NCBI GenBank assembly: GCA_964016885.1 | Contig: OZ024740.1 | Location: 391,840,001-391,904,000, forward strand | Reading direction: 5' to 3' | Length of the DNA stretch: 64,000 bases | Source: Eledone cirrhosa | Lineage: Eukaryota | In this document: positions 41,958 through 57,279 of the stretch, piece by piece | How the letters are laid out: each line of letters opens with the position of its first letter | Numbering within the stretch: position 1 is the first letter of the stretch | Translations under genes and position numbers: made by a program | Notes under the pieces: model-generated | What the model was told of the DNA's origin: nothing | Databases searched by the model: none | The model's input: the letters and a program-made list of their open reading frames with translations, nothing else

Positions 41958-44020
41958 TTGATGTGTATTGGTGTTGAAAGTGAAGAAAAAAACCTCTCCG
42001 TGTCCCGGAGTCCTGGTTGCGTAATTTCCATGGGGTCGGGTGTGTTTGGTGGAGGGATGTTTTGTGGTGGTGTGGGGGTATCCGAGTGTGGTGGGTTGGG
42101 GTATTTGGAGTTGTGTCAGGGAGAGGGGAGGTTATGGGGAAATCTTTCAAGAGGACGCGATTTAACGGTTTTAAACAGGGGGGGGGGGGGCTCACGTCCT
42201 GTTTAAATTGTTCTTTTAAGGAACGATAAAGGTCCAGAGGGACCTTTATCATTTTTAAATGAGTGAAGTTCTCTGTTGAGATAAAGTTTGGCCCTTCGGT
42301 CTGCACCAAAGGGCTATTGTTTATTAATTTAAACAGTTTTTTGTTTTCTTTATTTATATATGTGTATTGTAAAGTCTTTTTTTGTGATGCTGTCAATGTT
42401 TTGAAGAGGGGAGGCGCAGATTTATTTTTGTTTGTCGAGGGTGGGGTGTTTTTTATTGGAGTTGGTGTTTGTGTGTGGATTATTTGTTGTTGTGGTGTGC
42501 TGGGTGTGTGCTTTCGTTTTTTCCTTTTAACTTGTCTGAAGGCTTCTCCTCCTTCTTCTTCAGAAGTTGGGGGAAACTCTTCAGCGCGAGGTGGGAGGGA
42601 CGTGGTGTCTGGTTGTTTTTTTTGCGGGAGGGGTAGAATTGTTGCTGTTTTTTTTATTATTTGTTTGGAATGTGTTTTGTGGTGGTGGTGGTGATGTTTG
42701 TGTCGTGCTTGTGGTTGGTGATGGTGGTGGTGATGTTTGTGTTGTGCTTGTGGTTGGTGATGGTGGTGGTGATTTTTGTGTCGTGCTTGTGTTTGGTGCT
42801 GGTGGTGGTGATGTTTGTGTTGTGGTTGTGGTTGGTGGTGTCTGTATTTTGTTTGCTGTGCGTGTTGGTGGTGTTAGTGTATTTTTGGAGGTGGGTGGTG
42901 TTGGTGTACTGTTTGTGGTGGGTGTGGGCAATAGTCCTTTTTGGGGGATACGATTCGGGCAGTTAGCCTTAACGTGTTCCCTTTCCATGCATGAATAGCA
43001 TGCTGGTCTTCTCCCCTCTACAATTATATATATTGGGGTGAGGTCATCCAGCCAGATGCGATCCGGGATTTGCGCTATTCTTTCGGGCCTCATTTGGACT
43101 AGTAGGTCGAGGCCCATTCCCAGGAACGCATCTCCAGATGCCTTCCCCATTGACAGCACTGTGTCCTCGCCCATGTCTATGAAGCCAGCAATAGCCCACC
43201 AGAAGTCCATTGTGGGCAGCATTGTCTGCATTTTGATTCTCTGAGTTCTTCTACCCATGTAGGAGGGATAGAAACTGTATGCTGTTGATGTGAGTGGGCT
43301 TAGGGAAAGTCTCTGTGCTGTTTCTTTATCTTTTGTTAAAACACAAATGCTGCCATAGAGTCGGTCCTTTCGTATAAAGAGAATATTCTTCATATGGTCT
43401 TTTAGGACCAACTCTATCTCCGTTTGGGTGGGCTGTGCTGGCTTCCTTGTGTTGTTTAGGACTGTTCTAAACAGAACAGTGTTTTCTTGTCTCGTTTTCT
43501 TGAATTCTGGTGGGGAATTAATGGAAAACATTCCGTTCTCCCCCAAGACTATGTGCTTTTTTGCTTCTGCCAGTTTCTCTCTGGCGGCAGTTAAGTCAAT
43601 AGGTGTATATGTGATTGATTTTTTTGTTGTCTGGGCGAAAGTTGTTTTTGTTGTGTTTGTGTTATTTATGTTGGTGTATTCGTTCACATTTTTTCCCCTT
43701 TGTAGTTAGACTCCATTTTTTCAAAATCTTCACTTATATTTTCATTATCCGAGAAACTTGTAGTCACAGCTACTACTTCTCTTTCCCCTTTGCTGGTGGG
43801 CGTGGCGCCGTGAAAAGTCGAAACAGCATCCATTAATTTTGGCAATTTCTCCGAGTTAATTTTTTTCACATTTTTTTCATTAGGGTTAGGTTCCATTTTT
43901 TCAATGTTTCTAATAATCATTATTCTTTCAGTAGGGTGGCTTGTTGCCTCAGCTACCCGCTCTCCTTCAGTTTGTTTAGTGGGCGTGTCATCGTTACCTG
44001 TGGTAATGGCTTCCATGACC
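41890..44020 (-). pseudogene. Copy C ORF1
   Basis: ORFs 43684-44115, 42581-43687 and 41890-42396; zinc knuckle; 39-bp tandem repeat encoding TTQTSPPPSPTTS. Confidence 0.85.
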
Positions 44021-45582
44021 ACTAGCGTAGAGACAATTGCAAGATTTTTAGGATGAAAAATTTCACCCCAAAAGGGGTGAAATAAATTACCCCTAATGTC
44101 CGAAGACCCAGGCAAGGGGGTTAATTAACACAATAACGCAAGAATACAGACAAACACTTACTGTTAACACGTAATATCTCCAATATTCGCGGAGCCGGTG
44201 TGAAGAACGTCTATGCCATCCGGAGATAGACAGATAGATAGATAGATATGCAGGAAAGAAGATGGCATCAGATTTCCTTTAATCTCTATCCATTACTCAC
44301 AGGCTCTATTCTTCTCTTTCACTTTATTTTTTGTCTCATTTATTTTCCTACTTGCATTTACTTCTCTTTGTACCAGTTTATTTCTATTTACTGATTTAGA
44401 TGCATCTTCATTACTTTCCTGATCTACTTCCGCTTATTTATTTCCCCACACCGCTTGCCTTCTTTCTCTTTTCCGTGTCTCTCCCATTTTGGCTATGTTA
44501 CTGTCATTGTAACTATATCCCTCCGTTCCCCCTCTCTCTCCCCTCTCTATCTCTCTCCCTCTCTCCCCAAAGACACATTCCCTTGGTTTCTTTTCTGATA
44601 CACCCTGTTTCCCCTTATATTCTCTTTCTCACATTGGCTTTCTTTCTAAACCTCACTTGATATTTTCCTCTTCCACATCACTCTACCTTTTCTCAATCTA
44701 CCTGCCTATCTATACTCTTCTATTCACTTTGATAACTTCCTGTCCCTTTCTCTCCTTCTAATATTCTCACTTCTCAATTCTCTTTCGCCTATCCTCGTCT
44801 TTCTCTATAGAATCTCTCACACTCTATCCCTTTTTGCCCCCCTCTCTCTCCATCTATTCCCCCTCTCTCTCTCTCTCTTTAGATCTTCGGCTCTATCTTT
44901 CATCATCTTTAAGTGCTGAAACCTAACAGACCAGTATCAAACGTATTGATATCGTAAGGTGCAAGTAAAAACACGCTTTTATTGACCTAAATACTGATTT
45001 ATTGATTCTGCAGAAATCATTTTACTGCCTATCAGTATAACCCATATTTATAATGATATGTGACACTATTAAATTTCAGATTTACATAGTATTTTATCGT
45101 TTCAAAATAGTGGAGCCATTTTCTTATAATCTTTCTCGACCATTTGACAGCTATTTCCATCAAAAACCTATTTTTAACTTCTGTAAGAAGTTTAAATCTC
45201 ATTTTGACCATTTATATTTTTACTTTTATCAAACTCAATTATACTTCGTCTTGGAGATCCCAGGATTTGAAGAGTGGTTTTTAGTAAGATTCTAAGTTAT
45301 AGATTTTTATTGGCATTACAGTAAATCAGAATTGTAATAATATTAATCTTGCATATTGACGTTATATCTTTATATAAGATACGTAATATGCATTTGTTGT
45401 AAATGCATATATATATATATATATCAAGTAAGTATGTTTTGAAACAGTGAGCAGGTTTGAAATTAGAAAGTAGAATAGCTTTCACCGTATTTTTGACTAA
45501 AGGAATTTTAGCCTGATAATGGGGTTTAGAACCCTCAGATAAATGGAAAAGATGAGTATTGACGTATATATATATATATATA

Positions 45583-46602
<1,020 letters not shown>

Positions 46603-46769
46603 AAGAATTAATATATCTACCGACATATGTATACAGATGCATACCTACGCTAGCAGATATATATGTTTTGTCTTAGTAGCTTTGTAGTTCTATGCAGGGG
46701 AATGCAGAACAATTATATGAAAGACGTAAATAAGAAAGTTATGAAAATTGACTTACTTACTAAAATTTC

Positions 46770-46848
46770 ACTCCAACTAATTAGTTTCTGTAAGGGGATA
46801 AATACAGTTATGTAATACCTGTAGAGAAGCCTTACGTCATCAGGGACT
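46770..46848 (-). ncRNA. Type I hammerhead ribozyme in the inverted pLTR arm
   Basis: (A)GUCC-CUGAUGA-C-GUAAGG..CCUUAC-A-GAAAC-UAAUUA-GUU/GGAGU; intact core, one stem I mismatch. Confidence 0.75.
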
Positions 46849-47046
46849 CTATTCTCAGCTAAGCCACCAGGCAATGCGGGGACACTGGAAGCTTATATAA
46901 CAATAATTCAGTGGATGGAAAAAATCGAAAAAATCGAGCGGGGCTAGATTATAAGCACCGATTTTTTCGCTTTTTTCCATCCACTGAATTATTGTTATAT
47001 AAGCTTCCAGTGTCCCCGCATTGCCTGGTGGCTTAGCTGAGAATAG

Positions 47047-47125
47047 ACTCCCTAATGACGTAAGAATTCTATACAGGTATTACATAACTGTATTTATCCC
47101 CTTACAGAAACTAATTAGTTGGAGT
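47047..47125 (+). ncRNA. Type I hammerhead ribozyme, core mutated (CUAAUGA)
   Basis: ACUCC-CUAAUGA-C-GUAAG..CUUAC-A-GAAAC-UAAUUA-GUU/GGAGU; perfect stem I, G5A substitution. Confidence 0.7.
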
Positions 47126-47542
47126 GAAATTTTAGTAAGTAAGTCAATTTTCATAACTTTCTTATTTACGTCTTTCATATAATTGTTCTGCATTCCCCTG
47201 CATAGAACTACAAAGCTACTAAGACAAAACATATATATCTGCTAGCGTAGGTATGCATCTGTATACATATGTCGGTAGATATATTAATTCTTTATATTCT
47301 TCTCCAAATTATTTGTTGAGCAAAATTTGCCAAATTACTACTGTGACTGATAGTAGTGGCTAGGCTCTGTCTTAATAGCACCCCCACTCCAAGCTGGTTA
47401 ACCTCAGTGTCACGTGATTAATTCTTTTGAATTTGCCACTTGACCAAGGAGGCAGCGAATTTTTCAGTGCTTAGAATCTAGCCCCGCTCGATTTTTTCGC
47501 TTTTTTCCATCCACTGAATTATTGTTATATATATCTGACAGT

Positions 47543-50213
47543 ATGCTAACAAAGAGTTACCTGCCTTTATCTATGAAGAATATTCCCACCCCCTCTAAGA
47601 ATACTTATGAAAAACTATTGATTGCTAGTGTTAACTCCTTTGTAAAAAGGATTAGATGGCGTGCTTTCCACTATGATAATAATAGGAATAGTAAGGACCC
47701 CAGGAATAGAACAAATTTTAATAACTATGGCTTCAAAACTTATAAGAGCCCACCATAATTTTGAAAGTGACTTACTCTCTCTTGTCAAAAATATTAAGTA
47801 TAGGCCAAATAATAGACATAGAAATTATAATAAATTTGATAAGTTCCAGTCTAGACTTAAAAATATTGTTAAGGGTTTTAGTGCGAATAAGTCTATTCTT
47901 GTCCCGGCGGATAAGACTAAGAATCTATACTCTATGGATTACAGTGCTTATCGTGACTTTATTTATAAGGAGCTGCATAGAAATTATAAAAAGACTACGC
48001 TAGATAATTTGAACCATATCAATAGTGAGGGTCTTAAAATAGTCTCGGACCTCGGCCTTGATAAGTATACCCAGCCATATTACCCTAGAGAACCGAGGTT
48101 CACTCTTAAGGATCATAAGGTAGACTTCATTAGTAACCCCTCTGTTAGACTCATCTGTCCTTCTAAGTCCGATATAGCCATAATCAGTAAAAAAATCCTT
48201 GACCTTATTATACCAGATGTTAGGGATAAAGTTAATTTTAACCTATGGGGGAACACTAAGGAAGTTATAGATTGGTTCTCTGGGATTAATAAACTTGAAT
48301 CTAATAAGTTTATCCAGTTCGATATTGATGCCTACTACACATCGATTTCACCCATCCTGCTCAATAAAGCCTTAATGTTGGCCATGAGAGTGTCCAGCCT
48401 TACACGATCACAGGTAGATATTATACTAGCAGCCCGTAGAACTATTATTAATTTTGAGGACACATTTTGGACCCGTAAAAACACGCCCAACAATTTCGAC
48501 GTTACAATGGGTTCGAGTGATTCGGCCCAGGTAACTGATCTTGTTGGGTTGTTCCTCCTAAATGAACTATATGTTACCTTTCCGCACCTTAATGGCGGAC
48601 TATATCGTGATGATGCATTGTTTGTTATTAACTCTAGCACCAACAATGTCGAGCATAATAAGAAGAAGCTTTATAAGTTTTTTAAAAGCTATAACCTTTC
48701 GATCACGATAGATAGAAACGATAGAGCGGTCAACTTTTTAGATGTGACTTTGGACTTGGTCACTAATAGTTTTAAACCCTTCCATAAGCCTAATGAAATA
48801 CTTTCTTATGTTAGTCCCAATTCTAACCACCCCAAATCTATGATAAGCTCTATAATTAAGGGTGTATCTAATAGGATTTCCACACTCTCTAAGGACGTAG
48901 GAACATTTAATGAACATGCGGAGTACTATAATAATGCCCTAGCTAATTCCGGTTACTCTAGTAAAATACATTATAATGATAGTAACCTTAGAAAGTCTCC
49001 GCTTACTTATAATAATAATAACATAATATCACATAACATGGCCATGAATGGGAGTGGGAAGCATAATAACCGTAGAAATTACATAGGTGTATCTGAACCC
49101 ATCCATAAGTTAACCCACCGGACTCGTAATAGGGAATATAATACCTCTAGGAAACAAGTCGAACCCTCTGAGCGCTCACTCATTGGTGATGATTTTGCTA
49201 GATCTAATTCTAATAATGTTGTTTCTACTGATCCTATTATTGGCTCTAATCCTTTTGATGGGATTCCAGACGGCAGCAGATCTACTAGACGTAGAAACAG
49301 TAAGAGACTTAATGGAATTTTGGCTGATTCTAATAATGCGGTTTTAACTAATCCTTGTAATAACCCTAGTCTTAATAATGGGATATTAGATAATGGTAGA
49401 GTCGGTAAGGATAAAAATAGAAGGAGACTAAATACTTATTTTAACCCGCCATATAATCAGGAAGTATTAACTAATATCCCTAGGTCTTTCTTTTCTATCT
49501 TAGAGAAAAATTTCCCCCCTTCTCATAAGTACCATAGTATTTTTAATAAAAATGTTATTAAACTTTCATTCTCTACCACCCCTAATATTAGTTCTCATTT
49601 AGCTAGCACTAACAATAGGAAAATTAGGGATGGATACTCCTCTCTACATACTACTAGTCTGAACAGATCTGTAAATGCCTTACCACCAGAGCAGACCTTA
49701 TCTAATAGTAATCCTACGTGTAATACATCACTACTTCAGCCAACCAATAGCACCCGGAAGTGTAACTGTAGAGTGAGTGCTAACTGCCCTTTAAACGGTA
49801 ACTGCCTCTCTAAGAACATCGTCTATGCTTGCGTAGTTATAACTAATTCCTCTAATAGAACTTATATAGGCTCTACATCTAACACTTTTAAGACTAGGTT
49901 TAATTCTCATATCTCTAATTTCAAACATGTTAAGTTTAAGAATTCTACTTCTTTAGCACACTATATCTGGGATCTTAAGGGGGCTAATATACCATATAGC
50001 CTTAATTGGCGTTTAGTAGCACGCTCTAATAACCTTTCTACACATACTAAATTTTGTAATCTCTGTATCCTCGAGACACACTCTATAATTTTCTCTAGTG
50101 AATCCTTACTTAATAGAAAGTCTGAGATATTCTCTTCTTGCCCGTACGCTATTTCTAATTCTTACTTTTATTATAAACCTAAAGGTTCTAGTAGTATAAA
50201 TTGTATCCATTAG
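47543..50213 (+). pseudogene. Naiad-type Penelope-like element ORF (RT plus GIY-YIG) with one frameshift near 47755
   Basis: N-terminal SMKNIPTPS..FVKRIRWRAF; RT ADKT, QFDIDAYY, MGSSDSAQ, GLYRDD, VNFLDVTLDL; FNPPY; CNCx5CPLNGNC; IVY..TYIGST..FKTRFNSH; CNLC. Confidence 0.9.
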
Positions 50214-51778
50214 CTGATATATTCCATTACTTATTTTTTTAGTTTAGGTTCTTTTTGTTTACCGCCATTATCATCATCATTATTATCATTGGTTTTTGAC
50301 AACTTTTTATTCTAGCTCTCATAATCTTTTGGCTACTATACCATATCTATCTTCTTACACATTAAATTTTCACTATTAACACCTTATGAGTATATATCTG
50401 ATTATATATTTTATATTATTTTATTTTATTTCATTTCATTTTATTTTATTTTATTTGGATTCTTCTTTGGATAACCCCCCTCCCTCCCCCCATGCACACA
50501 TAAACTTATTGTCAACCCCTTCAAATATATTATGATTATATTTAATCCCCCCCTCTTTTATGCTCCTTTCTATTATATAATACAGTATATTAATTATGAT
50601 TTTATGCTCCTTTGTATCCTCCATACATTTCTTTCTTTCTGTCCCTATTAGCCTACCATAATTCTGCTTAAGTCAGTTTTTTAGATATCGTTATGTAAAT
50701 GATAGTAGAATATTTCATTCCTTTATATATATATTTTTAGTGAAATATTAATGTTTATGAATTTTGATTACTTAAACCATAGCTAATATTGTATTGCCTT
50801 ATTGGGTATTTTAAATATTTTCAATATTAATTTATCAAATAGGGTTTTCGAGTCTTTTATCTGGGATGTTTCCTAAGTTTTTACTTAACTGCATGTGAGA
50901 CCTAAGTAAATACTTTTATTTTGTTTTTTAATTTCCGGTTGATTTTATTTATTTATTTATTAATAATACTGTGCATTGTATTTTTTGTCTGGCCGTTATT
51001 CACTCATCCACATATATGTCTGTTTACCAACCTTGTAATTATAAGTAATTATATATTATATTATGTTCATTATTTTATATTGAAGTTGTTATTGTACTAT
51101 TGATCCTTATTACTTACCGTTGATTTTATGTAACATTATGATATGTTAAATTTTATATATCATGTAAGATGTTTATATTTTTGTACCATCATAATTTTGG
51201 GTATTGTACAATTTATATTTTTTTCTCACCTACTCTGTAACTCTATATGAATTGATTTGTTAACTTACATGCCATTATATATTATATATATTATTATATT
51301 ATTATTATAGTATTATTGTGACATCTATATTGTTTGTGTAAATTAACCGGAGATTATCTATTATATTATATTATATTATATATTATATAATTATATAGTT
51401 TATTATATATTATATGTGTTACTTTTAATCATTTCATTACTTCATGTATATTAGATATACGTATTATTATTATTTTTATTCCTACTATGCTTATTTATAT
51501 TTTAACTCTTAATAAGGTTTAATTTGTGCTTTTAATGATGGATATGTGTATTGACGTATATGTATATGTGCGTACGTGTGCGTACATATATATATATGTA
51601 TATTGTGCCTTTTAATTTTAATTTTTAATTTTTATTTTAATATTGTTACAAGTATATTATATTATATTATATTGTATTATATATAGTTCCCGCTCTATAT
51701 AACCACCTTTGTTTAGCTCTAGTTTTTTTTGCTTTGGACTATATTTGTAATATGGTTCAAAATGTTACACACAAATGT

Positions 51779-52816
<1,038 letters not shown>

Positions 52817-53649
52817 TATTTCATTTATTGATTTATTGATAATTTATCTGAGTGTCCCGAATCTTCCATATCGAAAATTTTCGGTTAATTGGTTGATTGT
52901 AGACATATTCTACGTGTGACGGTATTTTAACGATAGTTATAGCTCTGATTTATTTGAATTATAGAGCCCTCTGCCGCTCATCTCGAATTTTGTTTATTGT
53001 GAACTCGTGCGCCGATTTTTCGATACTCGATTATTCTACTGTATTTAGCTCTAGACCTAGCTATTGACCAGTTAATTTTATTGTTCATTTTTTGTCGATT
53101 CTATTAAATGATGAATAGCTCCTGTTTATTTTAACATGTCTATTGAGCACTCTTATTCGATATGTGTTATTCCACATTTTTCCGAATATTTTTTGCGGAT
53201 ATGAAGGTTATCTCCCTTGCTGAAATCCATGTGCGTATTTTTAGCCTGGGTTTTGTCTTTTCATCCGTTGGACTAAGGCTCGTTGAAGAAGTAACTCCAG
53301 TCCCCCGTTGTCTGTAAGTCTTATATTTTTATGTGAGCTGATAGAGGACGGTTTAAGGACTTACAGAAACCCAAGAAGCTAGATATACCATCTCTCTAGT
53401 GGGTCCGGGTATGCTTTTTACATTCATTTCATTTATTGATTTATTGATAATTTATCTGAGTGTCCCGAATCTTCCATATCGAAATTTTTCGGTTAATTGG
53501 TTGATTGTAGACATATTCTACGTGTGACGGTATTTTAACGATAGTTATAGCTCTGATTTATTTGAATTATAGAGCCCTCTGCCGCTCATCTCGAATTTTG
53601 TTTATCGTGAACTCGTGCGCCGATTTTTCGATACTCGATTATTCTACTA
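52817..53649 (+). mobile_element. Non-coding ~610-nt unit in partial tandem (~225-bp direct repeats), embedded in (TA)n; HHR-like remnants
   Basis: ~52819-53040 nearly identical to ~53427-53648; stem tgtaagtc/gacttaca-GAAAC-cca..tgg-GUC-cggg at 53305-53409. Confidence 0.75.
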
Positions 53650-54863
<1,214 letters not shown>

Positions 54864-54865
<2 letters not shown>

Positions 54866-55114
54866 CGGTGATGAATTAGTTTGGGGAGGTTTTTTATATG
54901 AAATCGTGTGTCGAAACAGATATTGTTATACTTGGGGATGGTTATATTTGTGTAATATTGCCAGAATTAATAACAGAACACACTCACTGCTTGGTTGGTT
55001 TTCGCTTTTCGCTTCTGTGTCTTTTATATCGGTAATCAAATTTATGCGGTCCAAATTTATGTGTTCTGTTATTAATTCTGGCAATATTACACAAATATGA
55101 CCCTCCCCAAATAT

Positions 55115-55120
<6 letters not shown>
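54864..55120. mobile_element. Miniature fold-back derivative of the 6109-7880 PLE terminus
   Basis: 54864-55052 matches 6109-6297; 55061-55120 is an inverted copy of ~54921-54980; (TA)n on both sides. Confidence 0.85.
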
Positions 55121-55146
<26 letters not shown>

Positions 55147-55297
55147 TTCCATTGAAATGGCTAGAGCTCTGCCGTCGGGGTCTTGAACATTTTCCTATTA
55201 CCCACTCTACTACACTAAGTATTGAGTACTCTGGTGCGTTATGGTCCACCTGGTTCCTCACCACACTTCCTTCGTTATATATATATATATATATAAA

Positions 55298-55473
55298 TTA
55301 GTTAACGAAGCCAGCGGAATAGGGACCCGTAGAGACCCTGCCGGTCCAATGACACATTTCCAACTCAATGAGACATTTCCAACGTTAATTTCGTCATCAT
55401 CAACTTTAATTTCATCATTGTTAATTTGCATTTCGTAGTTACTGTTGGATAGAGGGATTTTCTATTATGTAGA
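55298..55473 (-). mobile_element. Possible short Helitron-like element
   Basis: Minus strand begins TCTACATAATA and ends CTAA with a GC-rich subterminal hairpin; termini imperfect. Confidence 0.3.
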
Positions 55474-56279
55474 GGAGGGGGGGGGGGGGCATTGATACCA
55501 GGGATTACTTGCCGCAGAAATCATTGTTGTCCTTACACCTGTAGCGAATTTGAACTCGCAACCATTCAACAATCTCACTTCTACTTACCGTCCATGTAAG
55601 TGACATCACCATTTACCGTTCAATATTTACGAAATAGCATATATCATGAATTGATGTTTTCTAGAGTGTAAACACAGAAGATAAGTCGTAGGATTGTGTT
55701 TTACATGGTATTTTAGAGAGAAAAGTTTACTGCATAAACATGAGTATATATGGTAATTCATTATATATACTTTATTTTACTTTTGTAGGTGTCCAAATAT
55801 CATGACATTACACCTGTACATGTCATAAAATATTTACTGGTATATGTTGTGCAGATCTGCATACCTAATTTTTATGTGATTTTATCCTATATCATTTTGA
55901 TTTTATGGTCTAACTTCATGTTCCCAATTTTATAGTTCGTGATAGGGCAAATAGCTGGAATCAGTGGTTGTAACTTCTACTAAATCTAAAGCTTAGTGAA
56001 TACCATGTTGGGTTGTATTTTAGAGAATAGCTTTAAATTATCGCCAGACAAATGGCGGAATGATATTTAGATGTGTCATCTATTAGTCTTTTCACGGGGA
56101 TCATTGTTGTTCAACTGTAAACAACCATCTAAGTCAATACTGTTTAAGAGGGTGGTAAATATAGCAATCGTGGCGTAATGCAATATGCCAAATGACAACC
56201 TGTAATAGTTTTGAATTTTTTTCAATGCCAGGATTTTTCCAATTCCTAAACCTGTTTAAAACAAGCTTTATATCACTTG

Positions 56280-56460
56280 ATTGTTTCTACTTTAGACACA
56301 AGGCCAGCAATTTTAAGGGGATGGGGAAAGTCTATTATATCGACCCCAGTGCGTTACTGGTACTTTATTTTATTGACTCCGTAAGGATGAAAGACAAAGC
56401 TAACATCGGCGATATTTGAACCCAGAACGTAAAGGGCCCTAACTCAATGCCACAAAGCAT
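56280..56460 (-). mobile_element. tRNA-derived SINE
   Basis: Matches consensus core. Confidence 0.85.
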
Positions 56461-57057
56461 GTTATAGTGTCGTTTTCATAGAATCCAATCATTTATTATT
56501 TTTGTCTGCTTAGTTTCGTTTTAAAAAATCTAATGTTTCTTTAGTGTGTGCTTTATCAACCCATGTTACCAAATATCGTCTTATATCATTTTTCGTTTCC
56601 AAATTTTGGAGTTCCATTATTACTTTCCCTTGCTTTGTACTTATCCAAAACTTTCTAAGATCGAGGGAAAGTGTTTTTCTCATTTCTTCATCATCCCCTT
56701 ATACTAATCAGTTTTCATTTTTTAGATTCTGGGTACTCTTCTATGCATACGGCTTTTACTTTAAAATCATGCTTTATTTTTATAAAACCCAACCCTCCCT
56801 GTGTGTGGGAGATAGATGCATCATAGTTGCAGAGGCAGTAGTTTTTTTTTAGCTTTCCTGTCTCAATCTTTTAGTCATTTTACTTTTAATTTTTACTTTT
56901 GACGTTGTGGTTTATGATTGGGATTTCTAAGTACTTCACTTCTTGTTTCGCTAAGTATTGTTATTTCTTTACGTTTTGTTTGTTTGTGTGTATCCTTTTG
57001 CTGTTCTTTGTGTTTTTTCCTGTTGATTTTTTGCTTTTTTGATTCTCTATTGTAATA

Positions 57058-57245
57058 TTTGTTTTTACTTTTGGCACAAGGCCAGCAATTACCCAGTGCA
57101 TTACTGGTACCTTATTTTATTGACCCCCGTAAGGATGAAAGGCAAAGTTAACCTCGGCGGGATTTGAACTCAGAATGGCAAGCGCCGTAACTCTATGCGT
57201 CAACGAATAGTGTCCGACCCTCTACCGATACTGCCAATCCACCGC
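57058..57245 (-). mobile_element. tRNA-derived SINE
   Basis: Full consensus; imperfect TSD ctat(t/c)gtaata. Confidence 0.9.
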
Positions 57246-57279
57246 TATCGTAATAATATTTTCGTTCTATCCTGTTTTG

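Larger units (their letters stand above)
38325..44224 (-). mobile_element. Tx1-clade retrotransposon copy C, apparently full length, best preserved
   Basis: 742-aa open APE-RT (39729-41957), then a premature TGA, a small deletion and a frameshift; ORF1 with CYSCMEREHVKANC; flanked by GATA repeats. Confidence 0.95.

Noticed and set aside
32430-42630. Programmed ribosomal frameshift in Tx1 ORF1
   Set aside because: The shifts in A (~32445) and C (~42620) fall at different A-runs, consistent with homopolymer indels from decay or sequencing error.
42680-42840. CRISPR-like or regulatory repeat array
   Set aside because: A spacer-less 39-bp coding tandem repeat within ORF1; eukaryotic context with no cas genes.
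28357-43836. Many plus-strand and alternate-frame ORFs over the Tx1 array
   Set aside because: Shadow ORFs of GC-rich retrotransposon coding sequence; no independent motifs.
44100-44224. HDV-like ribozyme at the Tx1 5' end
   Set aside because: A gcgaat motif is present, but I could not build the nested double pseudoknot, and copy A shows nothing similar.
47405-47470. Minus-strand HHR inside the Naiad 5' unit
   Set aside because: Both core motifs are mutated (CUGAAAA, CAAAA) and stems I and III are unconvincing; too weak to call.
47543-50213. Selenocysteine recoding, reported for some Naiad PLEs
   Set aside because: No in-frame TGA; the Cys motifs use normal codons. The only break is a TAA/frameshift near 47755 that looks like a small deletion.
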